Of a stretch of 64,000 bases of DNA, positions 1 through 12,774 are shown piece after piece. The notes beneath the pieces were generated by a model that saw nothing but the letters and a program-made list of their open reading frames with translations, had not been told where the DNA came from and ran no database searches. The stretch is from Tubulanus polymorphus (taxonomy: Eukaryota > Animalia > Nemertea), in NCBI RefSeq assembly GCF_964204645.1, contig NC_134029.1, forward strand, positions 17,044,950 to 17,108,949, given 5' to 3'. The number at the start of each line of letters is the position of its first letter. Position 1 is the stretch's first letter. Made by a program: the position numbers and the translations under genes.

Positions 1-812
1 TCTAGTCTCTACACAGTCCCGTGGACACTATGTTCCCGTCTCGACCCTTCTAACCTGTCTCTAGTCTCTACACAGTCCCGTGGACCCTATGTTCCCGTCT
101 CGACCCTTCTAACCTGTCTCTAGTCTCTACACAGTCCCGTGGACCCTATGTTCCCGTCTCGACCCTTCTAACCTGTCTCTAGTCTCTACACAGTCCCGTG
201 GACCCTATGTTCCCGTCTCGACCCTTCTAACCTGTCTCTAGTCTCTACACAGTCCCGTGGACACCATGTTCCCGTCTCGACCCTTCTAACCTGTCTCTAG
301 TCTCTACACAGTCCCGTGGACCCTATGTTCCCGTCTCGACCCTTCTAACCTGTCTCTAGTCTCTACACAGTCCCGTGGACCCTATGTTCCCGTCTCGACC
401 CTTCTAACCAGTCTCTAGTCTCTACACAGTCCCGTGGACATTATGTTCCTGTCTCGACCCTTCTAACCTGTCTCTAGTCTCTACACAGTCCCGTGGACCC
501 TATGTTCCCGTCTCGACCCTTCTAACCTGTCTCTAGTCTCAACACAGTCCCGTGGACCCTATGTTCCCGTCTCGACCCTTCTAACCTGTCTCTAGTCTCT
601 ACACAGTCCCGTGGACCCTATGTTCCCGTCTCGACCCTTCTAACCTGTCTCTAGTCTCTACACAGTCCCGTGGACCCTATGTTCCCGTCTCGACCCTTCT
701 AACCTGTCTCTACTCTCTACACAGTCCTGTGGACACCATGTTCCCGTCTCGACCCTTCACACCTGTCTCTACTCTCTACACAGTCCTGTGGACACCATGT
801 TCCCGTCTCGAC
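1..812 (+). repeat. 59-bp tandem repeat array (continues past window start)
   Basis: Unit TCTAGTCTCTACACAGTCCCGTGGACCCTATGTTCCCGTCTCGACCCTTCTAACCTGTC repeated ~13-14 times; more diverged at the inner end. Confidence 0.95.
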
Positions 813-1392
813 ATTTTTAGTGGACACAGGTTTAGTGAAGCCATTAAGATGGTGGCTGTGTGTTACGTATCTTGTATCAAGATATTTCGATATAAGTAAT
901 GATTTGTCATTCACGATTTGTCGGGCTACAACAGGCAGAAAAAAATGAAAATTAAGATGAGAATGAAAGCCTTTCGTATTGAAGACCATGGGATTCAGCC
1001 AAGGAACATTGTAACCTAGTTATACTTCTGATATACCTACCGAATTATCGATTATCAAAAATCTAGAATTTCGACTATTAGGACAATGTCGGTTGTAATC
1101 TTCTGGTTCTTTGAGTTCGTTCTAATGAGTTGTCATTGTAATGTGTATGGTACATATTCCTTAAAATTTCACTGAGTTTGATTGAAAATTGTAGAAATTT
1201 TCCTTATGTATACATGTATCAATATTCAGTCTGTCGGCATCGATTTTGTAGATTTCTCATCTTTTTAATCAATGAATATTCGACCAATTTTAATATTAAT
1301 TTCCATCTTTTTTAAAGGCTTGTCCCACTGAGTGGAAATATTACAAGCCGATTAGATATGTCAGAGTATCCCAGAAACTGTCTAGAAACGGA

Positions 1393-2598
1393 TGTGAAGG
1401 GTCGAGACGGGAACATGGTGTCCACGGGACTGTGTAGAGAGTAGAGACAGTTTTGAAGGGTCGAGACGGGAACATAGGGTCCACGGGACTGTGTAGAGAC
1501 TAGAGACAGGTTAGAAGGGTCGAGACGGGAACATAGGGTCCACGGGACTGTGTAGAGACTAGAGACAGGTTAGAAGGGTCGAGACGGGAACATAGGGTCC
1601 ACGGGACTGTGTAGAGACTAGAGACAGGTTAGAAGGGTCGAGACGGGAACATAGTGTCCACGGGACTGTGTAGAGACTAGAGACAGGTTAGAAGGGTCGA
1701 GACGGGAACATAGGGTCCACGGGACTGTGTAGAGACTAGAGACAGGTTAGAAGGGTCGAGACGGGAACATAGGGTCCACGGGACTGTGTAGAGACTAGAG
1801 ACAGGTTAGAAGGGTCGAGACGGGAACATAGGGTCCACGGGACTGTGTAGAGACTAGAGACAGGTTAGAAGGGTCGAGACGGGAACATAGGGTCCACGGG
1901 ACTGTGTAGAGACTAGAGACAGGTTAGAAGGGTCGAGACGGGAACATAGGGTCCACGGGACTGTGTAGAGACTAGAGACAGGTTAGAAGGGTCGAGACGG
2001 GAACATAGGGTCCACGGGACTGTGTAGAGACTAGAGACAGGTTAGAAGGGTCGAGACGGGAACATAGGGTCCACGGGACTGTGTAGAGACTAGAGACAGG
2101 TTAGAAGGGTCGAAACGGGAACATAGGGTCCACGGGACTGTGTAGAGACTAGAGACAGGTTAGAAGGGTCGAGACGGGAACATAGGGTCCACGGGATTGT
2201 GTAGAGACTAGAGACAGGTTAGAAGGGTCGAGACGGGAACATAGGGTCCACGGGACTGTGTAGAGACTAGAGACAGGTTAGAAGGGTCGAGACGGGAACA
2301 TAGGGTCCACGGGACTGTGTAGAGAGTAGAGACAGATTTGAAGGGTCGAGACGGGAACATGGTGTCCACGGGACTGTGTAGACTAGAGACAGAAGTGAAG
2401 GGTCGAGACGGGAACATGGTGTCCACGGGACTGTGTAGAGAGTAGAGACAGGTTAGAAGGGTCGAGACGGGAACATAGGGTCCACAGGACTGTGTAGAGA
2501 GTGGAGACAGATGTGAAGGGTCGAGACGGGAACATAGGGTCCACGGGACTGTGTAGAGAGTAGAGACAGATTTGAAGGGTCGAGACGGGAACATGGTG
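1393..2598 (-). repeat. Inverted array of the same 59-bp repeat
   Basis: Reverse complement of the 1-812 unit, ~20 copies, separated from the first array by ~580 bp of unique sequence. Confidence 0.95.
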
Positions 2599-2661
2599 TG
2601 GGGAGGAGAGAATCCCACAATGATAATAAAAAGTCCGAAAATGAAACTTCGAGATAGTAGT

Positions 2662-2707
2662 TTATTCAACGTTTCGACTATATCCTAATAGTCATCTTCA
2701 GGAATAA
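2662..2707 (-). ncRNA. Minimal type I hammerhead ribozyme (inverted copy)
   Basis: Exact reverse complement of 4879-4924. Confidence 0.8.
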
Positions 2708-3011
2708 TGAGATACTACAGAAATTATGAGATATATATACAATCCAGGGACAAAGAGACTAATTCAAGTAATCAGAGATGATACAAACTAAAGGAAAATT
2801 AACGTAGAAACAGTTACACGCTAAAATAGATTAAAGGGAAGCAAACTAAGGGGTGATTATAAACAACAATAGTGAGTATAAATATAAATGAAACTTAAAG
2901 TCAGTAGTAAAAAGAAAGACAAACTAGGGGGCACTTAAAACAAAGGTGAATACAAGTTAAGTCAGAGACGAAATTGATGAGAGAACAAATAACAAATAAT
3001 CAAAGGGGAAA

Positions 3012-3704
3012 TCAAGTGTTGAGTTTAACCAGTTTACAGAGGAATTTTGATATAAGTTTATTATGGGGTGAAAAACCATTGTTAAGGTTTACAACGTTGT
3101 TCGAATTTTCAATAATTAATGCAGATTCCAAAATATGTCTTCTAGTTTTATCGCTGCAAGGGTAAACTAATTCAGCATTAGCAAAATCAAAATTGTGTGA
3201 AGTCTGAAAAACATGACTAGCAACTCCGCTTTCAGGTTTAAAGTTTTTTACATCTAATTTATGCTCTTTTATGCGTTGATTAAGATTCCGACCTGTTTCT
3301 CCTATATATACTTTGTCGCAAACTTTACAAGGTATTTTATAAATTCCACAGTTTAGGGATTCGGTTTTCGGTTTGTTGTTAATCAATATGTTACTAAGTT
3401 TATTATTGTATTTAAAGATGAGTTGTTTATTTAGTGACCGAAGAGAAACTTTAGAATTCTCGAGGAAAGGTACATACGGTACAATGATAGGCTGTTTATC
3501 GGTAGCCAACGTAGGAGTTCTAAGGTTGTTATTTCTAAAATGCGTAGTACGAGCTTTAAGTAGAGCTTTTTTCAATAGGAAATCGGGGTAGGCAAGTTTT
3601 TTGAGAGATTGGTTAATATGGTGAATTTCATCGGGTAGAAATGAGGGGTCGCAAATTCTCAAAGCGCGAAGAAATAATCCTTGAGCTAAACCGAGTTTAA
3701 TATC
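3012..3704 (-). pseudogene. Penelope ORF C-terminal part: thumb/linker plus GIY-YIG endonuclease
   Basis: GIYKIPCKVCDKVYIGETGRNLNQRIKEH...SHNFDF...ILESALI; the first ~39 residues of ORF 3012-3821 are antisense read-through across the inversion junction. Confidence 0.9.
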
Positions 3705-3719
3705 TCTTGATTTCTTAAA

Positions 3720-4574
3720 ACGCAGATTACCATCACTTAACATTAACTTCGGCATTCCTACGGATTGTATCATCGACCTTATCTCTATTTGTACGACGGA
3801 CTCCTTTTTTGAATTCAACAATTGTTTTTACGAGCAGACATTCGGTATCGCTATGGGAAATCCTCTAAGTCCTATTCTAGCTAATTTATTCCTAGAACAT
3901 GTTGAATCTGAAATATTGCCTCTTTACACTGATATTCACCCTAAAATCTGGCTCAGATATGTTGACGATGTTCTGGCTTTGGTTCCCTTTGACTTCAATG
4001 TAGATAACTTTCTTATATATTTAAACTCCCTTTACCCGTCTCTGGCTTTTACGTATGAATGGGAATCTAATAGTAAAATACCTTTTCTGGATGTTTTGAT
4101 TTTTAACTGTGGATCCTTTTTGAAATTCGCGGTTTATAGGAAACCTACCAACGCTGAATCCTACCTCCATTACTTCTCTTTTACTTCTCCGGATATTAAA
4201 CTCGGTTTAGCTCAAGGATTATTTCTTCCCTAAACTGTGGAATTTATAAAATACCTTGTAAAGTTTGCGACAAAGTATATATAGGAGAAACAGGTCGGAA
4301 TCTTAATCAACGCATAAAAGAGCATAAATTAGATGTAAAAAACTTTAAACCTGAAAGCGGAGTTGCTAGTCATGTTTTTCAGACTTCACACAATTTTGAT
4401 TTTGCTAATGCTGAATTAGTTTACCCTTGCAGCGATAAAACTAGAAGACATATTTTGGAATCTGCATTAATTATTGAAAATTCGAACAACGTTGTAAACC
4501 TTAACAATGGTTTTTCACCCCATAATAAACTTATATCAAAATTCCTCTGTAAACTGGTTAAACTCAACACTTGA
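3720..4574 (+). pseudogene. Penelope RT fragment joined to GIY-YIG across a ~310-bp deletion
   Basis: GIAMGNPLSPILANLF, WLRYVDD, IPFLDV, VYRKPT motifs; at ~4227 the sequence jumps to the GIY-YIG region. Confidence 0.9.
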
Positions 4575-4878
4575 TTTCCCCTTTGATTATTTGTTATTTG
4601 TTCTCTCATCAATTTCGTCTCTGACTTAACTTGTATTCACCTTTGTTTTAAGTGCCCCCTAGTTTGTCTTTCTTTTTACTACTGACTTTAAGTTTCATTT
4701 ATATTTATACTCACTATTGTTGTTTATAATCACCCCTTAGTTTGCTTCCCTTTAATCTATTTTAGCGTGTAACTGTTTCTACGTTAATTTTCCTTTAGTT
4801 TGTATCATCTCTGATTACTTGAATTAGTCTCTTTGTCCCTGGATTGTATATATATCTCATAATTTCTGTAGTATCTCA

Positions 4879-4924
4879 TTATTCCTGAAGATGACTATTA
4901 GGATATAGTCGAAACGTTGAATAA
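4879..4924 (+). ncRNA. Minimal type I hammerhead ribozyme in Penelope 3' region
   Basis: Stem I TTATTC/GAATAA; core CTGAAGA; stem II GACTAT/ATAGTC; GAAAC; GTT cleavage triplet. Confidence 0.8.
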
Positions 4925-6307
4925 ACTACTATCTCGAAGTTTCATTTTCGGACTTTTTATTATCATTGTGGGATTCTCTCCTCATCGCGTCAACACGGAT
5001 ATTGTGTTTTACCTATCGTGATGGTGTGGGGAACAACGTGATCTAGAAATCAACGCGTCATAAAATTGAACAAGATCTTTATTTTTTTGCAAAATTTATA
5101 CAATAATTTTTTTTTCATAAATTTGAGGAATTACATTTGAATTGATAAATGGCACAATGATACATGTCCCAATTAAAATGCCGCGGGCTGGGTCGTTTTT
5201 AGAAAAATGGTTTGAAGGATTTAAATAAAGTTGATTTTATTTCTAAGAAACCAAAATAATTCAACTCATGTAAATCATTTGAAATTAGTGTAAAGCTTTT
5301 AAACAGTGAATATATTCTTCCCAGATTCTGGGAGGAAATTTCGACGGGAAATTGTTTTTCGCATCCTGAATTTTTACTTTTATTCACATTGGAGGTGATT
5401 TCCTCATTCGATCTTTTCAATGAAAAGTTTAAAGAATCTAATCAAGTTCTAAAATTGTTGGGAAGTGTCACTGATCGTTCTGTGAAAACCGAATCCGATA
5501 CGCGCAAGTGTTATGGTTCAAATAATCGACTGTGGTGGCGCTATCGTACGGTAGGGTCGAGACGGGAACGGGTCGAGAGAGTAACGGGTCGAGAGGGGAA
5601 CGTGGATAGCTCATATGCAACTCAACCTTACCATAACACACCCTATTCTTTAATAATACTAGCGCCACCCAGTGGATAGGTGACCCAAACTGCAGTTAGA
5701 CCGTTATTTTATATAGCCGTCTAACGACCGTCTGATAATGATTCTTAACGACCAATGGCAATTGTTAATCAGAGTCTCTGATTCATTGATGATACGACTC
5801 TACGAATGAGCCCCTGCGGGTTAAACCACTTGATCAGACTCATTACCTTATCATCTTCGCTGTCAGAATTGCCATCAGCAGTCGACAGCAGTTCTGTGAG
5901 TGCTTGTAAATTGACCAGGTCCATTTAATTCTCGCTGTGCCGACCGACGAACCATGGAATGATTAGATTCCCAATTTCCAGATCCACAATCGCACCGCTT
6001 GCAGCGCCATCTAACAATAATATCCATCGTTAGGAGGTGGTGGGTTCGAACCCCACCAATTCAATTCAATTCAATTCAATTCAATTCAATACTTTATTGT
6101 TCCGTACGTATACAAGAAAACTCATTGGTTACATATCAATCAAGTAAACAATATACAAATACAATTATGGAAACAAATTTAAAAATACAATTAAACAGCA
6201 TGCAATTTAAAATATGTGAGAGAGAAAAAGAAAATTCAGATACATGGATACAGTTGAATTAAAACTAATACAGTAGCAATGTATAGCATCTCTCAATTCC
6301 TAAATGC

Positions 6308-7175
6308 CTAATTTACGAGAGATTGGGAACGAAAGTTTAAAAGTTCGTTCACGAGATTGCAGACGGTTCTACCGATCTCAGTGTCATTACGGTTGCACGA
6401 CATTAAGAAAGAAAATTTAGATGAGTGTCCTAGGTTATTGAAATCTGTAAATTCAGAGAGAGTTTTAAAGTGGGCATTCCTGATAACAGAGAGATGTGAG
6501 CATTCTAAAATGAAGTGTCTCTCGTCTTCAACCGAGTTGCTATCACAGAGGGGGCAAATTCTTTTTTCGATAGGGGTTTTAGGATACGTATGCCTCCCAG
6601 TTTCAATTGATAGAATGTGAGAGCTGACTCTTATTTTGGTAAATTCCGGCCTGCATAAATAGCTATTGGATATTAAATTATTTTCCATGGCAGATTCGTT
6701 TCAAATAATTTGTAGGTTCTTAAAAGAGGATTACTAGAAGAATCATTTATATAAGCTAGCCATTCTTTAGAATATTGGTTCTTGACAATATGAGAGAGAA
6801 GGATTTGATAGACTTATTGATACACAGAGAGCCTTGGTTTTCCCAGAGACAGTTAAAATTGAAGTGACATAAAGAGGTAGCAATAGACTTACCCCAGCTG
6901 AAAGGTTGATTTGATATGAGGGTGTCAATATATGCTTTATGAATAAGGCTAGAATTATCTTTTTTACATATATAGTTCCAGTAACGTAAAATAGTGGGAA
7001 TGATCCGATTCTGATGACAATTGGATATTGGCCTAGTTCACCTCTAACTGCGGAATTTGACGATTGTTTTTTTTTTTACTCCCAGCAAATACATTGCAAA
7101 CCTCAGCATCAACCTTTCAGCTGGGATTGATTCACAAACATTATACAAATTGGTTGAGCTGATTCCATCCAGATA
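6308..7175 (-). pseudogene. LINE ORF2 C-terminal region with CCHC zinc knuckle
   Basis: RVSSHILSIETGRH...RICPLCDSNSVEDERHFILEC. Confidence 0.85.
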
Positions 7176-7363
7176 AGTAATAGGGATAATAGGCTTTCAT
7201 ACCAAAGGTCGAAGGGTCGAGTGAGTAAAAAATGAAAATAATAATAATTTACAGTTGAATTAGTCGCGCACACTCCTAATTCAACTGTAAATTATTATTA
7301 TTTTCATTTTTTACTCACTCGCCCCTTCAACCTTTGATATGAAAGCCTATTATCCCTATTACT
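7176..7363. repeat. Terminal 188-bp imperfect palindrome, element A left end
   Basis: ~88-bp arms around loop TCGCGCACACTC; 3 arm mismatches. Confidence 0.95.
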
Positions 7364-7596
7364 CTTAAAATAATCATATACATGAATAACATTTAAATTG
7401 ACAGATTATTCAATATAAAAGTGTAAGCTCTCATAGAATAGATATATAGATATATTTACAACATTATTTCAATATTCATATTTGTATGAGTTAGATTTTT
7501 AAACATTAAAAGTGTTAGTAAAGTGTGATTGAAATAATACATGATATAAATCATTGAACTTCTAAAATCAATTTTAATAAAAAATTTAGTATTAAA

Positions 7597-10500
7597 ATGG
7601 AAGCAAATAAGTACTACTGTCCAAAAAGCAAGACACAATAAAACTAAAACACATTTAGAGAATAAATTGAAACTAGAATATGAAGATGATATATTAGAAA
7701 CTAAATTAGATGAATTAAAGAATGAATAAGAAACATACAAATGTGATACATGTAATCAATCATTCACTGATAAAAGATATTATAAAGAACATTTAAAATC
7801 TAAAAGTCATATTAGAAATAAGAATAATGATATTTTAGGTGATTATTATTTTGATGAAGATAATGATAAGAAACAGAAGACAATTAAAAGCATAAAAAAT
7901 AAATTAAACAATAAAAGACCATACATGGAAGATGTAAGAAAATATATTAATTCATTAGATAATAAAAAAGATATAGAGATAACCGAAGCATTTAAAAGTG
8001 ATATTGGCCCAGCAGCTATCGAGTTTAAATTTCATAAAGGAAAAACATTAGAAGAAAATAAAAAACATTTAGAAAATATGAAAGAAATAATAAAAATAAT
8101 AACTGATGTTGAATATCCTAAAATAAGTATCTTCTAAAGTTAAATTCATAAAATCTGAAGATAAACCAATATATAATATAAATTCTCATTCACAACATAT
8201 TATTTCAAAACAACATATAGATGCTAAATTAGATAAATGTTATAATGAAGTAAAAACTAAAATAGAAGAGAAATATTTTGAAGGATCTGGTTTAATATTT
8301 GATGAAATAATATTTATGACTTTACATGTTTATAACACAAAATATAATAAGATAACTAAATCGAGACCAATAGATGAAAATAATGTATCATATTATAAAG
8401 ATGATAGTATAAATGGATCAAGTTATATCAAATTACCATTTAAAACTAATGCTGTAATAAATGTACAAAATTTTGATGATAAATGTTTTCTATGGACAAT
8501 TATAAGTTGCTTACATCCAACAGAAGATATTACACATAGTTTTAGATTAACAAATTATAAACCATTTGAAAATAATTATCAGACAGATAAGTATCCTGTT
8601 ATAATTAAAAACATCCCAAAGATAGAAAGAGATAATAATTTAAGAATAAATGTATTTGATTTAATCAAATTACCAAATACAAAATGTAACAACTTAAAAC
8701 ATTATACATTAGAACCTTTATATCTATCAAAAGATTATGATTCAAATGATGTTATAGATATACTATATTATGAGAATCATTATATGTGGATTAAACAAAT
8801 AGATTTATTTTTTAGAACAGAAAGTGATCACCATAATAAAATATATCTTTGTAGAAAATGTTTACATAGATTCAGTAATGAAAGTACATTATTAAATCAT
8901 AAACAATTATGTGAAAATCATGATTATTGTAAATTAGTTTTACCAAATGAAAAGGATAAAATATTAGAATTAAAAAAATATGATTACAAAAATAAAGTAC
9001 CATTTGTTATATATGGAGATTTTGAATCATTAAATAAAGAATTAACTGATCAAGATAGAAAAGAAATATATTATAAGAGAAAAAAATTAAATTCTAATGA
9101 AAATGATTTTTCAGATGAACCGCCAAAAACAAATACTATTAAAAAGATTCACCAATCAGTTGCAGCTTTCGGGTTATATATTAAATCTGATTATCCAGAA
9201 CTTATTGAAAGTGAATATTATAATTACAGAAATGAAAATGTTATCAATCATTTTTGTGACTTATTAATTGAATATGAAATAAGATTTAGTAAATTATTGA
9301 ATACAAATATAGAAATTATAATGACAGAAGAAGATAAAGAAGAATTTGTGTTTGCAGGTAAATGTTATTATTGTGAAAAGATATTTAATTATAAAGATAA
9401 AAAAGTAAGAGACCATGATCATTTGAATGGAAAGTTTAGAGGCGCTGCGCATGAGAATTGTAACTTACAAGCTAAGAAAATTAATTTTGTACCAGTTATA
9501 TTTCATAATCTATCAGGATATGATGCACATTTATTTATCAAACAGTTATGCCATAAAATAGAAGAAATTAATAATGAAATAGAAAGATTAAATTCAAATA
9601 GATCAAAAGATAAAATACCAACTTATAAATTTAGAATGTTAGCTAAAACATCTGAGAATTATATATCATTCCAATTTGGTTGCCTAAGATTTATAGATTC
9701 ATATAGATTTTTAAATAGTTCATTAGATAACTTATCAAAATCATTAGTTGATGATGAATTAAAGATATTAAAACAACACTACCCAAATAATGATGATTTT
9801 CAATTAATGAGATATAAAGGAGCAATTCCATATTCATTTTATAAGAATCATAATGATTTCAATATAACTGAATTATTGAAAGAACAATTCTATGATGAAT
9901 TAGAAAATGAATATGTTAAAGATGAAGTCTATAATAGAACATTGAATATTTGGAATCATTTCAAAATAGAAAATCATGGGCAATTAGTAGATTTATATTT
10001 AAAATCAGATGTATTATTATTAACCGATATATTCGAAAGGTTTAGAGATGTTAACCTAAAATATTTTAACATTGATCCTTGTCATTGTTATTCATCACCA
10101 GGTTTAACATGGGATTGTGGATTAAAATTTACAGATATAAAAATGGATTTGTTAACAAATATAGATCAATTACTATTATTTGAAAAATCTATAAGAGGAG
10201 GTGTTTCAGGTGTATTAGGGGATAGATATTTCAATGTAAATGATAACCCTGGATATAAGTTATTATATATAGATGCAAATAATTTGTATGGTTGGGCAAT
10301 GATGGAACCACAACCTTATGGAGTATTTGAATTAACTGAAGTTTTACAGAATGAAAATAATGATAAATTTGATTGGACGAAAAGAATCCTAGATATTGCA
10401 GATGATTCAGATACTGGTTACTTCCTTGTTGTAGATTTAGAATATCCTGAAGATAAAAAATTTAAATCTAGAAATCTAGCTTACTGTCCCGAACATAAAA

Positions 10501-11607
10501 CTGTAACTCATGAAGAATTATCAAATTACCAAAAAAGAATTAAATCCGAAAATCATATTCATACAGAAAAGTTAATGGTAACTCAAGAAGATAAATATAA
10601 TTATGTAGTACATTATAGAATGTTAAAGTTTTATTTGAATCAAGGAATGATTCTAAAAAAAAGTACATAGATATATTTCATTCAGTCAATCTAAGTGGTT
10701 AGAAAAATATATAGATTTTAACACCAAACAGAGAACTGAAGCTAAAACTGATTTCGAGAAAGATTTCTTCAAACTAATGAATAATGCATTCTATGGTAAG
10801 ACTTGTGAAAATATTAGAAATAGAAATGATATTGAGATAGTTAGTAATGGTAAAAGAATTAGACATTTACAAACATATCCTAAATTTATAGGTAACAGAA
10901 TATTTGATGAAAATTTAGCTGCAGTTAAGATGAGAAGAACATCAATGAAATTTAATAAACCAATCTATGTTGGCGCTTCAGTTTTAGAATTATCAAAATT
11001 ACTAATGTATGAATTCTATTATAATGTATTACAACCACTTTTTGGAGAAAAACATATAGAAATATTATATTTTGATACAGACAGTTACATATTAAAGATA
11101 AAAACTAATAACATAACTGATGATTTAAAAACATTAAAACATCATTTTGATTTTAGTAATTATCCTAAAAATCATGAATTGTTTAGCAATGATAATAAAA
11201 AAGTTCCCGGTAAATTCAAAGATGAATTAGGTGGTGAAGAAATGATTGAATTCATTGGTATTAGATCTAAAATGTATTCATATAAAACTAAAGAACATGA
11301 AGCTAAAAAGTTAAAAGGAATAACCAAAAGTGTCATAGAAAAGAATATTCATTTCAAAGATTACATCAATTGTATATTCAATGAAGAAGTTAGAAAACAT
11401 AAGATGAGATGTTTAAGATCTGAAGATCATGAAATGTTTATTGAAGAAATTGAAAAGATAAGTCTAAACCCATTTGATGATAAAAGATATATTTTAGATG
11501 ATGGAATTCATACAGTTGCTTATGGTTGTAATTTAGATGAATACTTAAAATTTAAAAGAGAAGAAACAAAAGAGAACGAGATTATGAAAAGGATTCTAAC
11601 GTGCTAA
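7597..11607 (+). pseudogene. Protein-primed DNA polymerase B, element A (disrupted)
   Basis: Colinear with intact 44530-48561; broken into fragments 7925-8137, 8316-10670 and 10777-11607; YIDANNLYG, KLMNNAFYGK, YFDTDS motifs. Confidence 0.95.
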
Positions 11608-11636
11608 TCAAATTTTAATAAAAATATGTATTATAA

Positions 11637-11990
11637 ATGGAGAGTAAACAAACACACAGTGAGAACATCAAATTATTTCTAGATAGAATTAAAGATATAA
11701 CAAATGTAAAATCTGTAGATTATAAATTCAAAAAGTAAACAGAATTAACAATCCATAAGAAATATCTAATTACAAATATTGTTACAGTTACTAACAAATA
11801 TGGAGATAAATTAGTTATACACTTAGAATATGAAGGATTAAAAGGAAATACATATAAATTCAGAACATATTTACCGGATAGATTTCATAGATTATCAAGT
11901 GAAGACTTAGAAGAATTATGTTCTGGAGATTTCTATTTCGTATACAAAGGTAAGAATGAAAAGGGGCACCATGAAATAGATTTCGAATAA
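11637..11990 (+). pseudogene. Homolog of B 113-aa protein, with internal stop
   Basis: Matches 44160-44501; in-frame TAA near 11736. Confidence 0.85.
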
Positions 11991-12007
11991 GAAAATATGT
12001 AAAATAA

Positions 12008-12758
12008 ATGGTAGAATTAAAAGAATACAGAATATTTGTAGATTCTAGAAGACTTACAAATTATAAATCTCATAATTTACTAGTACAATTAGATAGAGAA
12101 TTCAAGAATTGTGTAGATTTAAAATTAGTAAATATAAGTTTATGTAATTCTTTTTATAATATATCGGATAAAAAGATAATACTGTTTTAATTCATATTAG
12201 AAATGTAGATAAATGGTTTCATCTAATTTCAAAACCAGGATTATATAATTTAGAGACTTTAGCGCAAGCAATTAATAGAAGAGCACGGTTGAAAATTAGA
12301 AGTGAAGATAAATTTTTAATTAGATTTATAAAAAGTGATAGTTCTGATAAAATTAAAATAAAGGTATATGATGAAAGTCAAAATGCATTTTTAGTGAGAA
12401 AACCATTAGCTAAATTGCTAGGAATTGCACCAGATATTGTTACAGGAAACGTAGATGGCAATTCAAATATAATACCTTTTACGCACTTTTATATTTATTG
12501 CAATTTAATTGATCCTACAAAAACTTTCGAAGCAACTAAAGAAACAATTTGTAGTTCTAGTATATTAAATATTTTACCGCTAAAAATGTTAAACAATTTG
12601 GAACTCAAATAAATTATAATTTAACAGAATGTGATTTTAAACCTTGCATTCCTCAATTTAATAATTTTAAATTAGAAATAAGAAATCATAATGGATATTT
12701 AATTGATTTGAATAACTTTCCTGTGATATATGAATTAGTTATAAGATGTAAAGAGTAA
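12008..12758 (+). pseudogene. Minor capsid (penton-like) protein, frameshifted
   Basis: Colinear with B 43387-44142; two frameshifts. Confidence 0.8.
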
Positions 12759-12774
12759 TTTTTTCATTATATAA

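Larger units (their letters stand above)
2603..5020. mobile_element. Penelope-like retroelement, 5'-truncated, with inverted 3' arms (inverted pseudo-LTR form)
   Basis: 2603-~3358 is the reverse complement of ~4228-4983; RT and GIY-YIG fragments present; flanked by 12-bp direct repeat ATGGTGTGGGGA (2593-2604 and 5021-5032). Confidence 0.92.

Noticed and set aside
40-50. CTCGACCCTTC shared between the 59-bp satellite and the Polinton outer arm
   Set aside because: Only ~11 bp with no extended similarity; cannot be distinguished from chance
1-2598. CRISPR-like array, or coding ORFs 717-989 and 2208-2669
   Set aside because: Units are contiguous with no unique spacers, the context is eukaryotic and there are no cas genes; the ORFs are repeat translations
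5664-5678. CTCF-like motif (also near 49206 and 63730)
   Set aside because: Short matches without functional evidence; one lies inside a transposon
6035-6057. tRNA gene or SINE suggested by B-box GGTTCGAAC (also GGTTCGAATCCC at ~56776)
   Set aside because: No cloverleaf or convincing A-box found
6040-6060. Target-site duplication of the LINE
   Set aside because: No direct repeat found between the tail flank and the ~52243 flank, so LINE limits are approximate
7230-7320. Poxvirus telomere-resolution sequence (T6-N7-9-TAAAT) in the terminal palindrome
   Set aside because: TAAAT and the T-run occur in the opposite order to the consensus
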